32,000 bases of DNA, from contig NC_001264.1 of assembly GCF_000008565.1 (NCBI RefSeq), positions 28,532-60,531 of the forward strand. The letters are read 5' to 3'. This DNA comes from Deinococcus radiodurans R1 = ATCC 13939 = DSM 20539. GTDB lineage: Bacteria > Deinococcota > Deinococci > Deinococcales > Deinococcaceae. The notes below the pieces were generated by a model. That model worked only from the letters and a program-made list of their open reading frames with translations. It did not search any database and was not told the DNA's origin. A program made the translations under genes and the position numbers. Shown here in pieces: positions 11,908-21,307 of the stretch; the first letter of the stretch is position 1, and each line of letters begins with the position of its first letter.

Positions 11908-13125
11908 ATGCAGGAGTATAAACAAAGGAAACTTTCATCTATATTTAACCCAGTAATCCTAATAGGAATTCAAACGCTAATGGCAGTTTTACTTGTCAAG
12001 GATAGATACTATAATGATTGGCACTATATACTTTATATTACTGCTCCCTATGTAGTATACGTCGTGTATTACACTGTTTGGTTCTATATTAGAAAACCTA
12101 GTAAATTAAGTAATATGCGCAACGTAGGATTCTCTAGGGCGCAAGAGATTTTTGGTGTGGGTATGATCATAGGAATCAGCGTGTGCAATATATGGCTTAT
12201 ATCAAATATAGTACCCTATTATGGAGGCGTTGGCGGTGCTTTAAATAATATGGGTGCAGCTGATATCGTGACTTTCCTTCAAAGGGATGGCCCAGACAAT
12301 ATCAGGAAGCTTATCTTCGTAAACTTCTTTTTACCGGTGGTCGTGGTACCTGTGATCCTGATGAAGAGAAAGGAGAAGTATATAATACTAGCCTTAGGTC
12401 TGGGAATAACATTTTTTTTAGCTAGTCTTTACGGAGCTAGGACTCTTTTTCTGGAACCACTTCTGTCTTGTATTATAGTACTGTGTACTAGAGTGAGTCT
12501 TTCTGCTAGAAAGATCGCATCTATGCTATTTTTAGCTGTTTCGATTTTTATAGGTATGTCTTATCTTCAAGCCATTAGGTTTGGCGAAAGAGGTATTATT
12601 AAAGGCAGCGAAATTCTTTTAAAATATTACACTATCTCTTTGAATCAAGGAGCCAATATCATAGTTGGTGATCTACAGCGTGAACCGCTATACTGGACGT
12701 TTAGCTCTCTTTTCGGATTACCGATTATTAATAACCTTTTAGGTTTTAGAGCAGTTTACGAGGGTTTGTTTGGCAGTTTGCCCATTCAGAGCAGGGAAGA
12801 TGACTTCAATTATGTCGCTGCCTTGGGTGCGGATCCTGGATACAATACACTTGGGATTTATGCCTATATGCAATTGGATGCTGGATTATTTGGAATCTTA
12901 TTGATCCTACTTGTATTTATTATTAGTAGTTATCTTTACAATCTTTTTTATCAAGGTAGTCAGATGGGAATTTTGTTATTTCCAGCCGCTTATATTTTAC
13001 TTTTAGATCAACTAAGGACAGCTGGCATGTTTTCAGCCAGGATGCCTTACTTCTTTATTGCGGCTGTAACTATTTACTGTATAGGTAGAGTATCGGTTGT
13101 AAGGAGGGTAGATGAAAAATTCTAG
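11908..13125 (+). CDS. wzy: Wzy-like polysaccharide repeat-unit polymerase (polytopic membrane protein). The assignment rests on context and topology only.
   Basis: 405 aa with at least 10 hydrophobic segments. GGAGG (11897-11901) lies 6 nt upstream of the ATG. The gene sits between wzx and the glycosyltransferases. The Wzy family is too divergent for a motif-level call. Confidence 0.5.
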   Translation: MQEYKQRKLSSIFNPVILIGIQTLMAVLLVKDRYYNDWHYILYITAPYVVYVVYYTVWFYIRKPSKLSNMRNVGFSRAQEIFGVGMIIGISVCNIWLISNIVPYYGGVGGALNNMGAADIVTFLQRDGPDNIRKLIFVNFFLPVVVVPVILMKRKEKYIILALGLGITFFLASLYGARTLFLEPLLSCIIVLCTRVSLSARKIASMLFLAVSIFIGMSYLQAIRFGERGIIKGSEILLKYYTISLNQGANIIVGDLQREPLYWTFSSLFGLPIINNLLGFRAVYEGLFGSLPIQSREDDFNYVAALGADPGYNTLGIYAYMQLDAGLFGILLILLVFIISSYLYNLFYQGSQMGILLFPAAYILLLDQLRTAGMFSARMPYFFIAAVTIYCIGRVSVVRRVDEKF

Positions 13126-14098
13126 ACCTACATATCAAGTAGTAATGGCAACTTATAATGGGGCTCGGTATTTAAATAGTCAGATATCAAGCATACTTTC
13201 ACAGCTTGAAGATGGAGAACTGCTTATCCATGACGATGGCTCTTCAGATGATTCTGTTGCTATATTGGAGTCATGGTCGAAGGTGGATAGTAGGGTGAAG
13301 TTAATCTACGCTCCACATTGTGGGAGTGCTGCCAAAAACTTCTCCTATTTACTTAGCTTAACAGATGCTCCATATGTTTTATGCGCTGATCAGGATGATG
13401 TATGGCCAGCTGGACGCTTAAGGACACTCATATCCTGGGCTTGCTTTTACGAAAGTGTGTATGGAGATGATGTTCCATTGCTTATCCATGGCAACCTCAG
13501 GGTAGTTAATCAAAATGGTGAGTGCATTTCTGATTCATTTTGGGATTACCAAAACTTAAAACCCGAATGGGGAGACAAATTCAACTTATTACTTACTCAG
13601 AATGTTGTTACTGGCTGTGCAATGATAGTTAATAGGGAGCTCTTAAATAGGGCACTACCGGTGCCTAGCGACATAAGTATGCACGATCATTGGCTTGCAT
13701 TGGTCGCTTGTGGGCAGGGAAGAGTAGTATGGGTAAATGATGTAGTAACAAACTATCGTCAGCATACAAGTAATGTTGTAGGTGCTCATAGATATAACTA
13801 TAGATTTATAATTAAGCGACTTACATTGAGTAATAATAATGAGATGGTCATAAGAGAAGGTTTAGAGCGTAAAAACTACTATAACACTGCACTTCATTAT
13901 GCAAGAAGGTTTCCTATACGACAGGAATCTGAATCGGCAGCAGAATTTGGTCAATTAGATCATGTTACACTTCTAAGACGGATTACAATTATATTAAGTA
14001 GAGGGTTCTTTAAAAACGGCACTTGGCGACTCTTTGTTTGGATATTACAGCCAAGAAAATATGTAGACCTTCTGACGAAGTGGAGTAGGGGAACATAA
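13112..14098 (+). CDS. Family-2 glycosyltransferase (rhamnosyltransferase-like)
   Basis: AAGGAGGG lies upstream, and the gene overlaps the wzy 3' end by 14 nt. GT-A signature: VVMATYNGARYL...HDDGSSDDS...DQDDVW. Confidence 0.8.
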   Translation: MKNSRPTYQVVMATYNGARYLNSQISSILSQLEDGELLIHDDGSSDDSVAILESWSKVDSRVKLIYAPHCGSAAKNFSYLLSLTDAPYVLCADQDDVWPAGRLRTLISWACFYESVYGDDVPLLIHGNLRVVNQNGECISDSFWDYQNLKPEWGDKFNLLLTQNVVTGCAMIVNRELLNRALPVPSDISMHDHWLALVACGQGRVVWVNDVVTNYRQHTSNVVGAHRYNYRFIIKRLTLSNNNEMVIREGLERKNYYNTALHYARRFPIRQESESAAEFGQLDHVTLLRRITIILSRGFFKNGTWRLFVWILQPRKYVDLLTKWSRGT

Positions 14099-14100
14099 AA

Positions 14101-14916
14101 ATGAACAGTACTGCAATAGTATTACTAAACTGGCGAAGTGCCAAAGATACTGTTAAATGTGTAGAGTCTCTAATTGCTGCCGAAATCCGACAATGCGATA
14201 TTATCATTGTTGATAATGACTCTCAAGACGAATCGATTAATGTGATTAAAGAACACTTTACGGACGTAAGAGTTATCGAGAGCGGAAAGAACGGAGGATT
14301 CGCATACGGATGCAATGTTGGTATCAGAGCAGCCCTATCAAGTGGATATAACTATGTATGGCTACTAAATAATGATACCATTGTAGATAAAACTACTTTA
14401 CCGAACATGATAGAAGAGATAAAGAGAAACAAGAAGGCAATTGTTGGTTCTATTATTAGGGACATTGAGTTTCCCTGGAGTGTGCAAGCTGTTGGTGGCG
14501 GTACTATAAATTTTTTGACTGGTACTGGTAGGCATATCAAGACTTTTGATGATGTAGATAAATTGGATTACTTACTTGGGGCTAGTATTTTAGTAAGCAG
14601 AGAGGCCTTAGAAAGTATCGGCTTACTGAATGAGGATTTCTTTATGTATTGGGAAGATACAGAATTTTGCATCAGAGCTAGAAGGAAAGGGTATTTTCTA
14701 AAAGTGGCTAAGCAATCTAACGTCTACCACAAAGAGGGCGGATCGGTAAATAAGGAAAGCTACGCTCAGACCAGAATGATTTTTAGATCTATGCGTAAAT
14801 TCTTTTTAAAGGAATCACCATTCCCATTATTACCTATAGCTATTAGGCAACTAGGGAAGACTTTTGTAAGTCTATTAAGAAGAGAATTTAGAAGAATACC
14901 TTATATATGGTTGTGA
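14101..14916 (+). CDS. Family-2 glycosyltransferase (WbbL-type rhamnosyltransferase-like)
   Basis: Signature IVLLNWRS..DT..C..SL...VDNDSQDES...NGGFAYGCNVG...LLNNDT. The start lies 2 nt after the previous stop. Confidence 0.8.
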   Translation: MNSTAIVLLNWRSAKDTVKCVESLIAAEIRQCDIIIVDNDSQDESINVIKEHFTDVRVIESGKNGGFAYGCNVGIRAALSSGYNYVWLLNNDTIVDKTTLPNMIEEIKRNKKAIVGSIIRDIEFPWSVQAVGGGTINFLTGTGRHIKTFDDVDKLDYLLGASILVSREALESIGLLNEDFFMYWEDTEFCIRARRKGYFLKVAKQSNVYHKEGGSVNKESYAQTRMIFRSMRKFFLKESPFPLLPIAIRQLGKTFVSLLRREFRRIPYIWL

Positions 14917-14985
14917 GGAATATGATATGACAAATTTTTCATGTAAGGACCGAAATTATAATCAGTTGATATTAGGATATAAATA

Positions 14986-16017
14986 ATGATAGATATTAAT
15001 GGGCGCAGTTTCGTTGATCGTGGAGTGACGGGTGTACAACGATACGCCAGAGAGATAACCAGTGTCTTATCCGATCAGACGACGATAAGTCCAGCTCCAC
15101 ATTGGCAAAATGGAATCAGAGGACATTTGTGGGAACAGTTAATTTTGCCAGCTAGAATTAAAGGACTTCTTTGGAGTCCTTCAAATACTGGACCTATAAC
15201 AGTGGAGCGACAAGTTGTAACTATTCATGATATGGCAACTTTTGAGCACCCAGAGTGGTTCGATAGAAGGTTTTCTAAGGCATATCAGATGATTCTTCCG
15301 CAACTGTCACGCAGGGTCGGGCATATCCTGACAGTTTCGGAGTACTCAAAGAATAGAATTGTGAGCCACTTGGGAGTTTCACCTGATAAGATTACTGTAA
15401 CTCCCTTGGCGGCCTCCAAAATCTTTCGTCCTATACCTCTAAATAATTACGAGAGACAGCTTTTAAAATTACCGGAGAGGTACTTCTTGATGGTTGGTGC
15501 ACTGCAAGAGAGAAAGAACTTTAGGCGTGTACTAGAAGTCTGGAAGACCTGGGAGAGGACAGGACGGCCTGATGATCTAGGCTTAGTTATTATAGGTTCC
15601 AGAGAGAGTATCTTCTCATCATTTAAGTTAGATTATGTGCCTGAAGGCGTTCAATTTATGGATAAAGTAAGCGACGAGATACTACCAAAGCTCTATTCAT
15701 CGGCAGTCGCCTTTCTATTTCCGAGCCTTTACGAAGGTTTCGGTATTCCCATTCTAGAGGCAATGGCATGTGGGACTCCTGTCATAACATCCAATGTAAC
15801 ATCTATGCCAGAAGTTGCAGATAAGGCAGCCCTACTTATCAACCCTGAGTTACATGTCTCTATTCTCCAGGCTATGCAGACCATATCGAGTGATGGGCAG
15901 CTTCGAGATGAACTCCGTGTTGCCGGCCTAGAACGTGCTCAGCAGTTTAGTTGGGAACGTACAGCCTTACAGACACGTGAGGTGCTGGAGCAGGCAGCCC
16001 GAAGGTTAGGGATATGA
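14986..16017 (+). CDS. GT-B fold glycosyltransferase, family 4 (mannosyl/rhamnosyl-transferase-like)
   Basis: Carries the C-terminal E-x7-E region: PSLYEGFGIPILEAMACGTPVITSN. Confidence 0.8.
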   Translation: MIDINGRSFVDRGVTGVQRYAREITSVLSDQTTISPAPHWQNGIRGHLWEQLILPARIKGLLWSPSNTGPITVERQVVTIHDMATFEHPEWFDRRFSKAYQMILPQLSRRVGHILTVSEYSKNRIVSHLGVSPDKITVTPLAASKIFRPIPLNNYERQLLKLPERYFLMVGALQERKNFRRVLEVWKTWERTGRPDDLGLVIIGSRESIFSSFKLDYVPEGVQFMDKVSDEILPKLYSSAVAFLFPSLYEGFGIPILEAMACGTPVITSNVTSMPEVADKAALLINPELHVSILQAMQTISSDGQLRDELRVAGLERAQQFSWERTALQTREVLEQAARRLGI

Positions 16018-17117
16018 AAGTTGCCATTATCCATGACTGGCTGGTGAGCTACGGCGGGGCAGAGAAGGTGCTGGAGGAGCAGTTGGCGCTATTCCCTCAG
16101 GCTGACATCTATACTCTACTCCATAAGCTCGGAAGCCAGTCACCGCTTATAGAGAGCAAGCAGATTCGCACATCGGGATTGCAGCGCCTGCCAATCGGAG
16201 ACCACCGCAAGTTGATCGCCTTAATGCCCTACGCCGCCGAGCAGTTTGACCTTACAAGCTATGATCTCGTACTCTCCAATACGTTTGCCATCGTTCATGG
16301 CGTGATCAGTACGCCTGATCAACTCCATATGGCCTATGTAAACCGGACCATGCGCTATGCCTGGGACACCTATCATCAGGACCTGGCAGCCTTCGGGGTA
16401 GGCGGGGGAATTAAGCGGTTAGCGGCATCGCTCGGTTACCATTACCTGCGGTTGTGGGATCTGGCAGCATTCCAACGGCCAGACCTAGTGCTTGCCAACT
16501 CGCCTTTCAGTGCGCAGCGCTTGCAGAAGTATTACCACCGTGAAGCGCAAATCCTCTTTGCACCTGTGGACACCGAGCAGTTCGCGCCAGCTGAGACACG
16601 CGACGACTATTACGTAACAGTTGGCCGCTTGGTGCCGCTCAAAGGTATAGATCTAATGGTTAAGGCTTTTACTACAAGTGGACGCCGGCTGATTGTGATT
16701 GGTGATGGGCCTCAGCTTGATGAATTGCGGGCCATGGCTGGCCCCAATATCGAATTTACTGGCAAGCTAAGTAGTCCTCAGGTGGCTGAGATTCTGAGTC
16801 GGGCACGCGGTTATCTCGCGATGGCGGAAGAGGACTTCGGTATTGCCAATGTTGAAGCCCTTGCGTCTGGAACTCCAGTGATCGCTTGGGGGCAAGGCGG
16901 AGTACGGCATACCGTGCAACATGGCAAAAATGGCTGGCTGTTTGCCAAGCGGTCATCTGAATCTCTCAATGCAGCAGTGGAACAGTTTGAGCGGCTAGAC
17001 TGGCTTTCGCCTCAGCTGATTGCTCAAAGTGCACAGCAGTTTAGTGGCGCGGCTTACCGGGCGAGTTTGCGTCAACAAATTAACTCTGCTTTACAGCGCC
17101 GTGAACAGGAGAACTAA
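16014..17117 (+). CDS. GT-B fold glycosyltransferase, family 4
   Basis: ATGA overlap with the previous gene. The N-terminus is MKVAIIHDWL..YGGAE. Also present: GRLVPLKG and EDFGIANVEALASGTPVIA. Confidence 0.8.
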   Translation: MKVAIIHDWLVSYGGAEKVLEEQLALFPQADIYTLLHKLGSQSPLIESKQIRTSGLQRLPIGDHRKLIALMPYAAEQFDLTSYDLVLSNTFAIVHGVISTPDQLHMAYVNRTMRYAWDTYHQDLAAFGVGGGIKRLAASLGYHYLRLWDLAAFQRPDLVLANSPFSAQRLQKYYHREAQILFAPVDTEQFAPAETRDDYYVTVGRLVPLKGIDLMVKAFTTSGRRLIVIGDGPQLDELRAMAGPNIEFTGKLSSPQVAEILSRARGYLAMAEEDFGIANVEALASGTPVIAWGQGGVRHTVQHGKNGWLFAKRSSESLNAAVEQFERLDWLSPQLIAQSAQQFSGAAYRASLRQQINSALQRREQEN

Positions 17118-17120
17118 TTT

Positions 17121-18215
17121 ATGACTCAAGGCAACCAACCCTCTGACAAACAGCAGTGGAAGTCTCTTCTCGTGACCGGCGGCTGCGGCTTTATCGGTAG
17201 CAACTTCGTGCGCTACTGGTTGGGACAGCATCCCGAGAGCAAGGTCGTTGTCTACGACAAGCTAACCTACGCCGGGCGCAAAGAAAATCTGCATGATCTA
17301 TGGGATAACCCTGCGTTGTCGCTGGTGGTCGGTGACATCGGCGATATGGATTTAGTGCGCCGAACCTGTCAGGAAAATGATGTCGACTTGATCGTCAACT
17401 TCGCGGCTGAAACCCACGTGGATCAGAGCATTCTGGGGCCGTTGGTCTTTACCGAAACCAACGTGCGCGGTACCCATGTGCTGCTCGAAGTCGCCCGTGA
17501 GCTGGGCATCCGCCTGCATCACATCAGCACCGACGAAGTGTACGGCCACATCAAGGACGGGCATCAGAGCGTCGAAACCGATGAACTTGCGCCCCGTAGC
17601 CCTTACGCAGCGAGCAAAGCAGCAGCCGACCAACTGGTGCAGGCGTATGCGATTACCTACGGTATCCCTGTAACCATCACGCGCGGGGCCAATAACGTGG
17701 GGCCTTACCAGTATCCAGAAAAAGCCGTGCCGCTGTTTTCCACCAATGCAATTCTGGGTGAGCCGCTGCCCGTGTACGGCGATGGCCAGCAGATGCGCGA
17801 CTACGCCCACGTTTATGACCACTGCACCGGGATCGAAACGGTGCTGCTCAGGGGAAATATTGGCGAGGTCTATAACGTTGGCACTGGTCGCGAAATGACC
17901 AACCTGGAAATGGTGGACATCGTGCTGGAGACACTGGGCAAGGATCATAGCCTCGTCAAGCATGTGACCGACCGTCCCGGACACGACCGCCGTTACTCCA
18001 TGAATGTAGACAAACTGCGGAGCCTGGGTTGGCAGCCCAAATACGATCCCAAACAGGCCGTGGCTGAGGCGGCCAGGTGGTACGAGGGTAACCGCTGGTG
18101 GTGGGAACCGATTCGCAGCGGCGAGTTCCGTGAGTACTACAACCGGCAGTATGCCGGGCGTCTCGCCAGTGCGGAGCCTGCTGCGGCCCAATCTACTGAG
18201 GCAAAGCAGCAATGA
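17121..18215 (+). CDS. rfbB: dTDP-glucose 4,6-dehydratase
   Basis: Motifs: [26 protein letters not shown], the Y-x3-K motif in [22 protein letters not shown] lies upstream of the ATG. Confidence 0.93.
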   Translation: MTQGNQPSDKQQWKSLLVTGGCGFIGSNFVRYWLGQHPESKVVVYDKLTYAGRKENLHDLWDNPALSLVVGDIGDMDLVRRTCQENDVDLIVNFAAETHVDQSILGPLVFTETNVRGTHVLLEVARELGIRLHHISTDEVYGHIKDGHQSVETDELAPRSPYAASKAAADQLVQAYAITYGIPVTITRGANNVGPYQYPEKAVPLFSTNAILGEPLPVYGDGQQMRDYAHVYDHCTGIETVLLRGNIGEVYNVGTGREMTNLEMVDIVLETLGKDHSLVKHVTDRPGHDRRYSMNVDKLRSLGWQPKYDPKQAVAEAARWYEGNRWWWEPIRSGEFREYYNRQYAGRLASAEPAAAQSTEAKQQ

Positions 18216-19102
18216 CTGCGCCGCGTAAGGGCATCATTCTGGCAGGGGGGAGCGGCACCCGGCTTTACCCCGCCACCCTGGCCGTCAGCAAGCAGCTCTT
18301 GCCCATCTACGACAAGCCGATGATCTACTACCCGCTGACCACCCTGATGCTCGGCGGCATGCGCGAGATCTTGATCATCTCGACGCCGGAAGACACCCCG
18401 CGCTTCAAGCAGCTGCTGGGCGACGGCTCGCAGTGGGGGATTGCGCTGGAGTACGCCGTGCAGCCCAAGCCCGAGGGGTTGGCGCAGGCCTTCCTGATCG
18501 GGGAGGACTTCGTGCAAGGCCACCCCAGCTCGCTGATTCTGGGCGATAACATCTTTTATGGCAACGATCTGTCGGACTTAATGCAGGCGGCGAACGCTAA
18601 AGAAAACGGCGCCACCGTGTTCGCCTATCAGGTGCGTGACCCTGAGCGCTATGGCGTAGTGGATTTCGACCGTTCGGGCCGGGCCCTGAGCATCGAGGAA
18701 AAGCCTGCTCAGCCCAAATCCGATTTTGCGGTCACCGGCCTGTACTTCTACGACGAGCGGGTGTCGGAGATCGCCAGAAGCATCAAGCCTTCGCCGCGTG
18801 GTGAGCTCGAAATCACCGATCTGAACAACGTCTATCTGGAAGAAGGCGCGCTCGACGTGCAGCTGATGCGCCGGGGCTTTGCCTGGCTCGACACCGGCAC
18901 GCACGAGAGCATGCTGGATGCCAGCCTGTTTATCCAGACCATCGAGCAGCGCCAGGGGCTTAAAGTGGCCTCGCCCGAAGAAATCGCCTGGCGGAGCGGC
19001 TGGATTTCAACCCAGGCCTTACTCGAACAGGCCGAACGGTTGAAGAAGAACCAGTACGGCAAATACCTCATCAAGATTGCCCAGGAGAAAGTGCATGGCT
19101 GA
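18212..19102 (+). CDS. rfbA: Glucose-1-phosphate thymidylyltransferase (short form)
   Basis: ATGA overlap with rfbB. Motifs: [16 protein letters not shown]...[27 protein letters not shown], and GELEITD.N..YL. Confidence 0.95.
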   Translation: MTAPRKGIILAGGSGTRLYPATLAVSKQLLPIYDKPMIYYPLTTLMLGGMREILIISTPEDTPRFKQLLGDGSQWGIALEYAVQPKPEGLAQAFLIGEDFVQGHPSSLILGDNIFYGNDLSDLMQAANAKENGATVFAYQVRDPERYGVVDFDRSGRALSIEEKPAQPKSDFAVTGLYFYDERVSEIARSIKPSPRGELEITDLNNVYLEEGALDVQLMRRGFAWLDTGTHESMLDASLFIQTIEQRQGLKVASPEEIAWRSGWISTQALLEQAERLKKNQYGKYLIKIAQEKVHG

Positions 19103-19643
19103 CCACAAGATCAAACTGGCTCCCGAATACGCCGAGGCGCTTGGCTTTGAGAACTACTCGGCCCAGCCGCAGATTGAGGGTGTATGGTTTCACTCCCTCA
19201 AGAAGAACCGCAGCGAGAACGGCGCTTTTATGGAGTATGTCCGTCTCGACGAAAATGGTGTACAGAACCTGCCGGGTCAGCTCGTTCCCCGCCAGATCAG
19301 CGTGTCCTGGGCGGCGCCGAAGCGCATCAACGCTTTTCACATTCACGTCAAGGAAGAGCAGAACGAGATCTGGTGCGTGCTGCAGGGCCAGCTGACCATC
19401 TGGTTGGTGGACTGCCGGGCAGGGAGCCCGACGGTAGGTGTCAAACGCAAACTGGTCTTTAGCGGTGAGCAGCCGATGATGGTGCATATTCCTAGTGGCG
19501 TGGCCCACGGGTATCAGGCTGGCGAGAATGGCGCGACTCTGCTCTACACCATGGACGCCCAGTTCAACATTGAAGACCCCAACGAGGGCCGCCTGCCCTG
19601 GAACTTCTTCGGAGATGACCTCTGGGCCGAGGACATGGGTTGA
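19095..19643 (+). CDS. rfbC: dTDP-4-dehydrorhamnose 3,5-epimerase family cupin (divergent, non-E. coli-type RmlC)
   Basis: The ATG at 19095 is preceded by GGAG and overlaps the rfbA stop by 8 nt. The cupin core reads INAFHIH....E.W.V..G......VD.R..SPT.G........GE.P....IP.GVAHGY. Its position between rfbA and rfbD supports the role, and the sequence is clearly divergent from canonical RmlC. Confidence 0.65.
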   Translation: MADHKIKLAPEYAEALGFENYSAQPQIEGVWFHSLKKNRSENGAFMEYVRLDENGVQNLPGQLVPRQISVSWAAPKRINAFHIHVKEEQNEIWCVLQGQLTIWLVDCRAGSPTVGVKRKLVFSGEQPMMVHIPSGVAHGYQAGENGATLLYTMDAQFNIEDPNEGRLPWNFFGDDLWAEDMG

Positions 19644-20383
19644 TGACCCAACTGCACTCCAAAATGCTGCTGACGGGCGGTTCCGGGCGGCTGGGCACTG
19701 AGCTTCGTAGCGTGATCCCTGAGATCGTCGCGCCTTCTTCCGCAGAGATGAATCTGACCGCCGCCGCGCAGGTGCTGGCAGTTGTGCAGCGCGAGCGGCC
19801 TGACATTATCGTTCACGCCGCCGCGTACACCAACGTGGGCGGCGCCGAAAAGGACCGCGAAGCCTGCTGGAATGCCAATGTGGTGGGTACCCGCAACGTA
19901 GCGGCCGCAGCCAACGCGGTGGGGGCCAAACTGGTCCACATCAGCACCGACTACGTATTCAGCGGAGAAGAGGGCGGCTACCACGAGAGCGACACGCCAG
20001 GGCCGGTGGTCAACTACTACTCATTGACCAAATTGGTGGCTGAAGAGGCCGCCCGCGCCGCGCAGAAGCACCTGATCCTACGGACCAGTTTCCGCCCACG
20101 CGAGTTTCAGTATCCGGTGGCTTTTTCCGACGTGTACACCGGGCAGGACTATGTGGACATCATCGCACCGGAGATTGCCCTGGCAGTCAAACATGCTCTA
20201 GAGATTGATGACGAGGTGTTGCACATCGTCACCGAGCGTAAGAGCGTCTACGAACTCGCCAAGCGGCGCAAGCCCGACGTGCAGGAAGGGCGACGTGCCG
20301 AGGCTCCTGGCGTGGTCTTACCGGGGGACGTGAGCCTGGAGACAGGACGCTGGCAAATGCTTCGGGCGCAACTTAGTGACTGA
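19643..20383 (+). CDS. rfbD: dTDP-4-dehydrorhamnose reductase, unusually short (about 246 aa)
   Basis: The ATG at 19643 overlaps the rfbC TGA by 1 nt (TGATG). Alternative starts are TTG 19640 and ATG 19664. Motifs: LLTGGSGRLG, VHAAAYTNV, HISTDYVFSG, and the Y-x3-K motif in YYSLTKL. Confidence 0.8.
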   Translation: MTQLHSKMLLTGGSGRLGTELRSVIPEIVAPSSAEMNLTAAAQVLAVVQRERPDIIVHAAAYTNVGGAEKDREACWNANVVGTRNVAAAANAVGAKLVHISTDYVFSGEEGGYHESDTPGPVVNYYSLTKLVAEEAARAAQKHLILRTSFRPREFQYPVAFSDVYTGQDYVDIIAPEIALAVKHALEIDDEVLHIVTERKSVYELAKRRKPDVQEGRRAEAPGVVLPGDVSLETGRWQMLRAQLSD

Positions 20384-20386
20384 GGT

Positions 20387-21307
20387 TTAGTGTGCTGGGC
20401 GCTGATGACTCGAACGCCCACCGAACAGCCACCACAGCAGCAGCCCCAGCCCCAGCAGGACGCCCAGTCCGGCCAGGGGCTGTTCCCATTTCTGCCAGCG
20501 GTAGGCCGGAGCAACCTGCAATTCCTGTACATAGAACGTAGCGGCGCCAGTGTATTTTTCGATGGTTTGCAGACTATCATCTACCTCATGTCGTTTGCCC
20601 AGCGGCGAGGAAACCACGCTGAAGCGCTGCACCTCGTCTGATGAACTCAGTGGCACTCGCCCGCTGACCAGCGTACCGCGCCGCTCTGCAGTTACGGTGC
20701 GTAGGGTTTGGTCCCCCAGACGCAACGTGAAGGTTTGTCGGTCGGCTGAACTGAGCAAGCGGTATGTCAGCACTTGTGGGTCGGCGGCCTGTACGAAGAA
20801 GTCGACCTGTCTTCCCGTCGCCTGCTGATAGGCCAAGGGGTAGGGCGGCTGGACCGCGTTGTAAATACGCCCTGGCCGCGTTGCGGTAAAGACCTGTAGA
20901 GGAGCGAATTCAAGTTGCTTGAGGGACACGGCTATATCGCTGAGGTCCTGCGGCGCGAATGGCTTGAGGTGCGGGTCGAGGTTGCTCTTGTCGGTGACCA
21001 GCTTCAGCTCGTTGCGACCGGTAAGAAGGTTCAATGGCAGTGCAAGGTCAAAGTTTTGAGGTTGGTGCGCTGTCCTGAGCGTTGTCAACTTGCGACCATT
21101 AAGAAACACGCTTAGATGCTGCCGGGGGGAGGGCAGGTCGAAATTCAGCCGGACCTCGGCCCAGCCGGCCTGTGCGGCCTTTAGCTCAACCGACGTGACC
21201 TTGCCCAGCGTCCAGCGGCCCCAGTCCTCCTGACCGCGAAAGCCACCGAGATTTCCGAGTTGAAGGCCAGGTGAGTCTGGGCTGATGGTGGGCACCGTGT
21301 TGCTCAT
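20387..21307 (-). CDS. Hypothetical tail-anchored protein: about 306 aa, no signal peptide, a single C-terminal TM, and two beta-rich modules
   Basis: The ATG at 21307 overlaps the TGA of the upstream WaaL-family gene (ATGA), and GGAGGA lies upstream. The ORF-track start at 21595 is an out-of-frame extension through that gene. The C-terminus reads ...[37 protein letters not shown] recognise no enzymatic motif. Confidence 0.6.
   Translation of the reverse strand: MSNTVPTISPDSPGLQLGNLGGFRGQEDWGRWTLGKVTSVELKAAQAGWAEVRLNFDLPSPRQHLSVFLNGRKLTTLRTAHQPQNFDLALPLNLLTGRNELKLVTDKSNLDPHLKPFAPQDLSDIAVSLKQLEFAPLQVFTATRPGRIYNAVQPPYPLAYQQATGRQVDFFVQAADPQVLTYRLLSSADRQTFTLRLGDQTLRTVTAERRGTLVSGRVPLSSSDEVQRFSVVSSPLGKRHEVDDSLQTIEKYTGAATFYVQELQVAPAYRWQKWEQPLAGLGVLLGLGLLLWWLFGGRSSHQRPAH

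Noticed and set aside
9750-15900. I considered whether the low-GC core is a mobile genomic island, prophage or defence island.
   Set aside because: It has no integrase, transposase, phage or defence-type ORFs, no flanking direct repeats that I could see, and no adjacent tRNA. Every ORF is a standard Wzy-pathway component. I interpret it as a recombinational cassette replacement instead.
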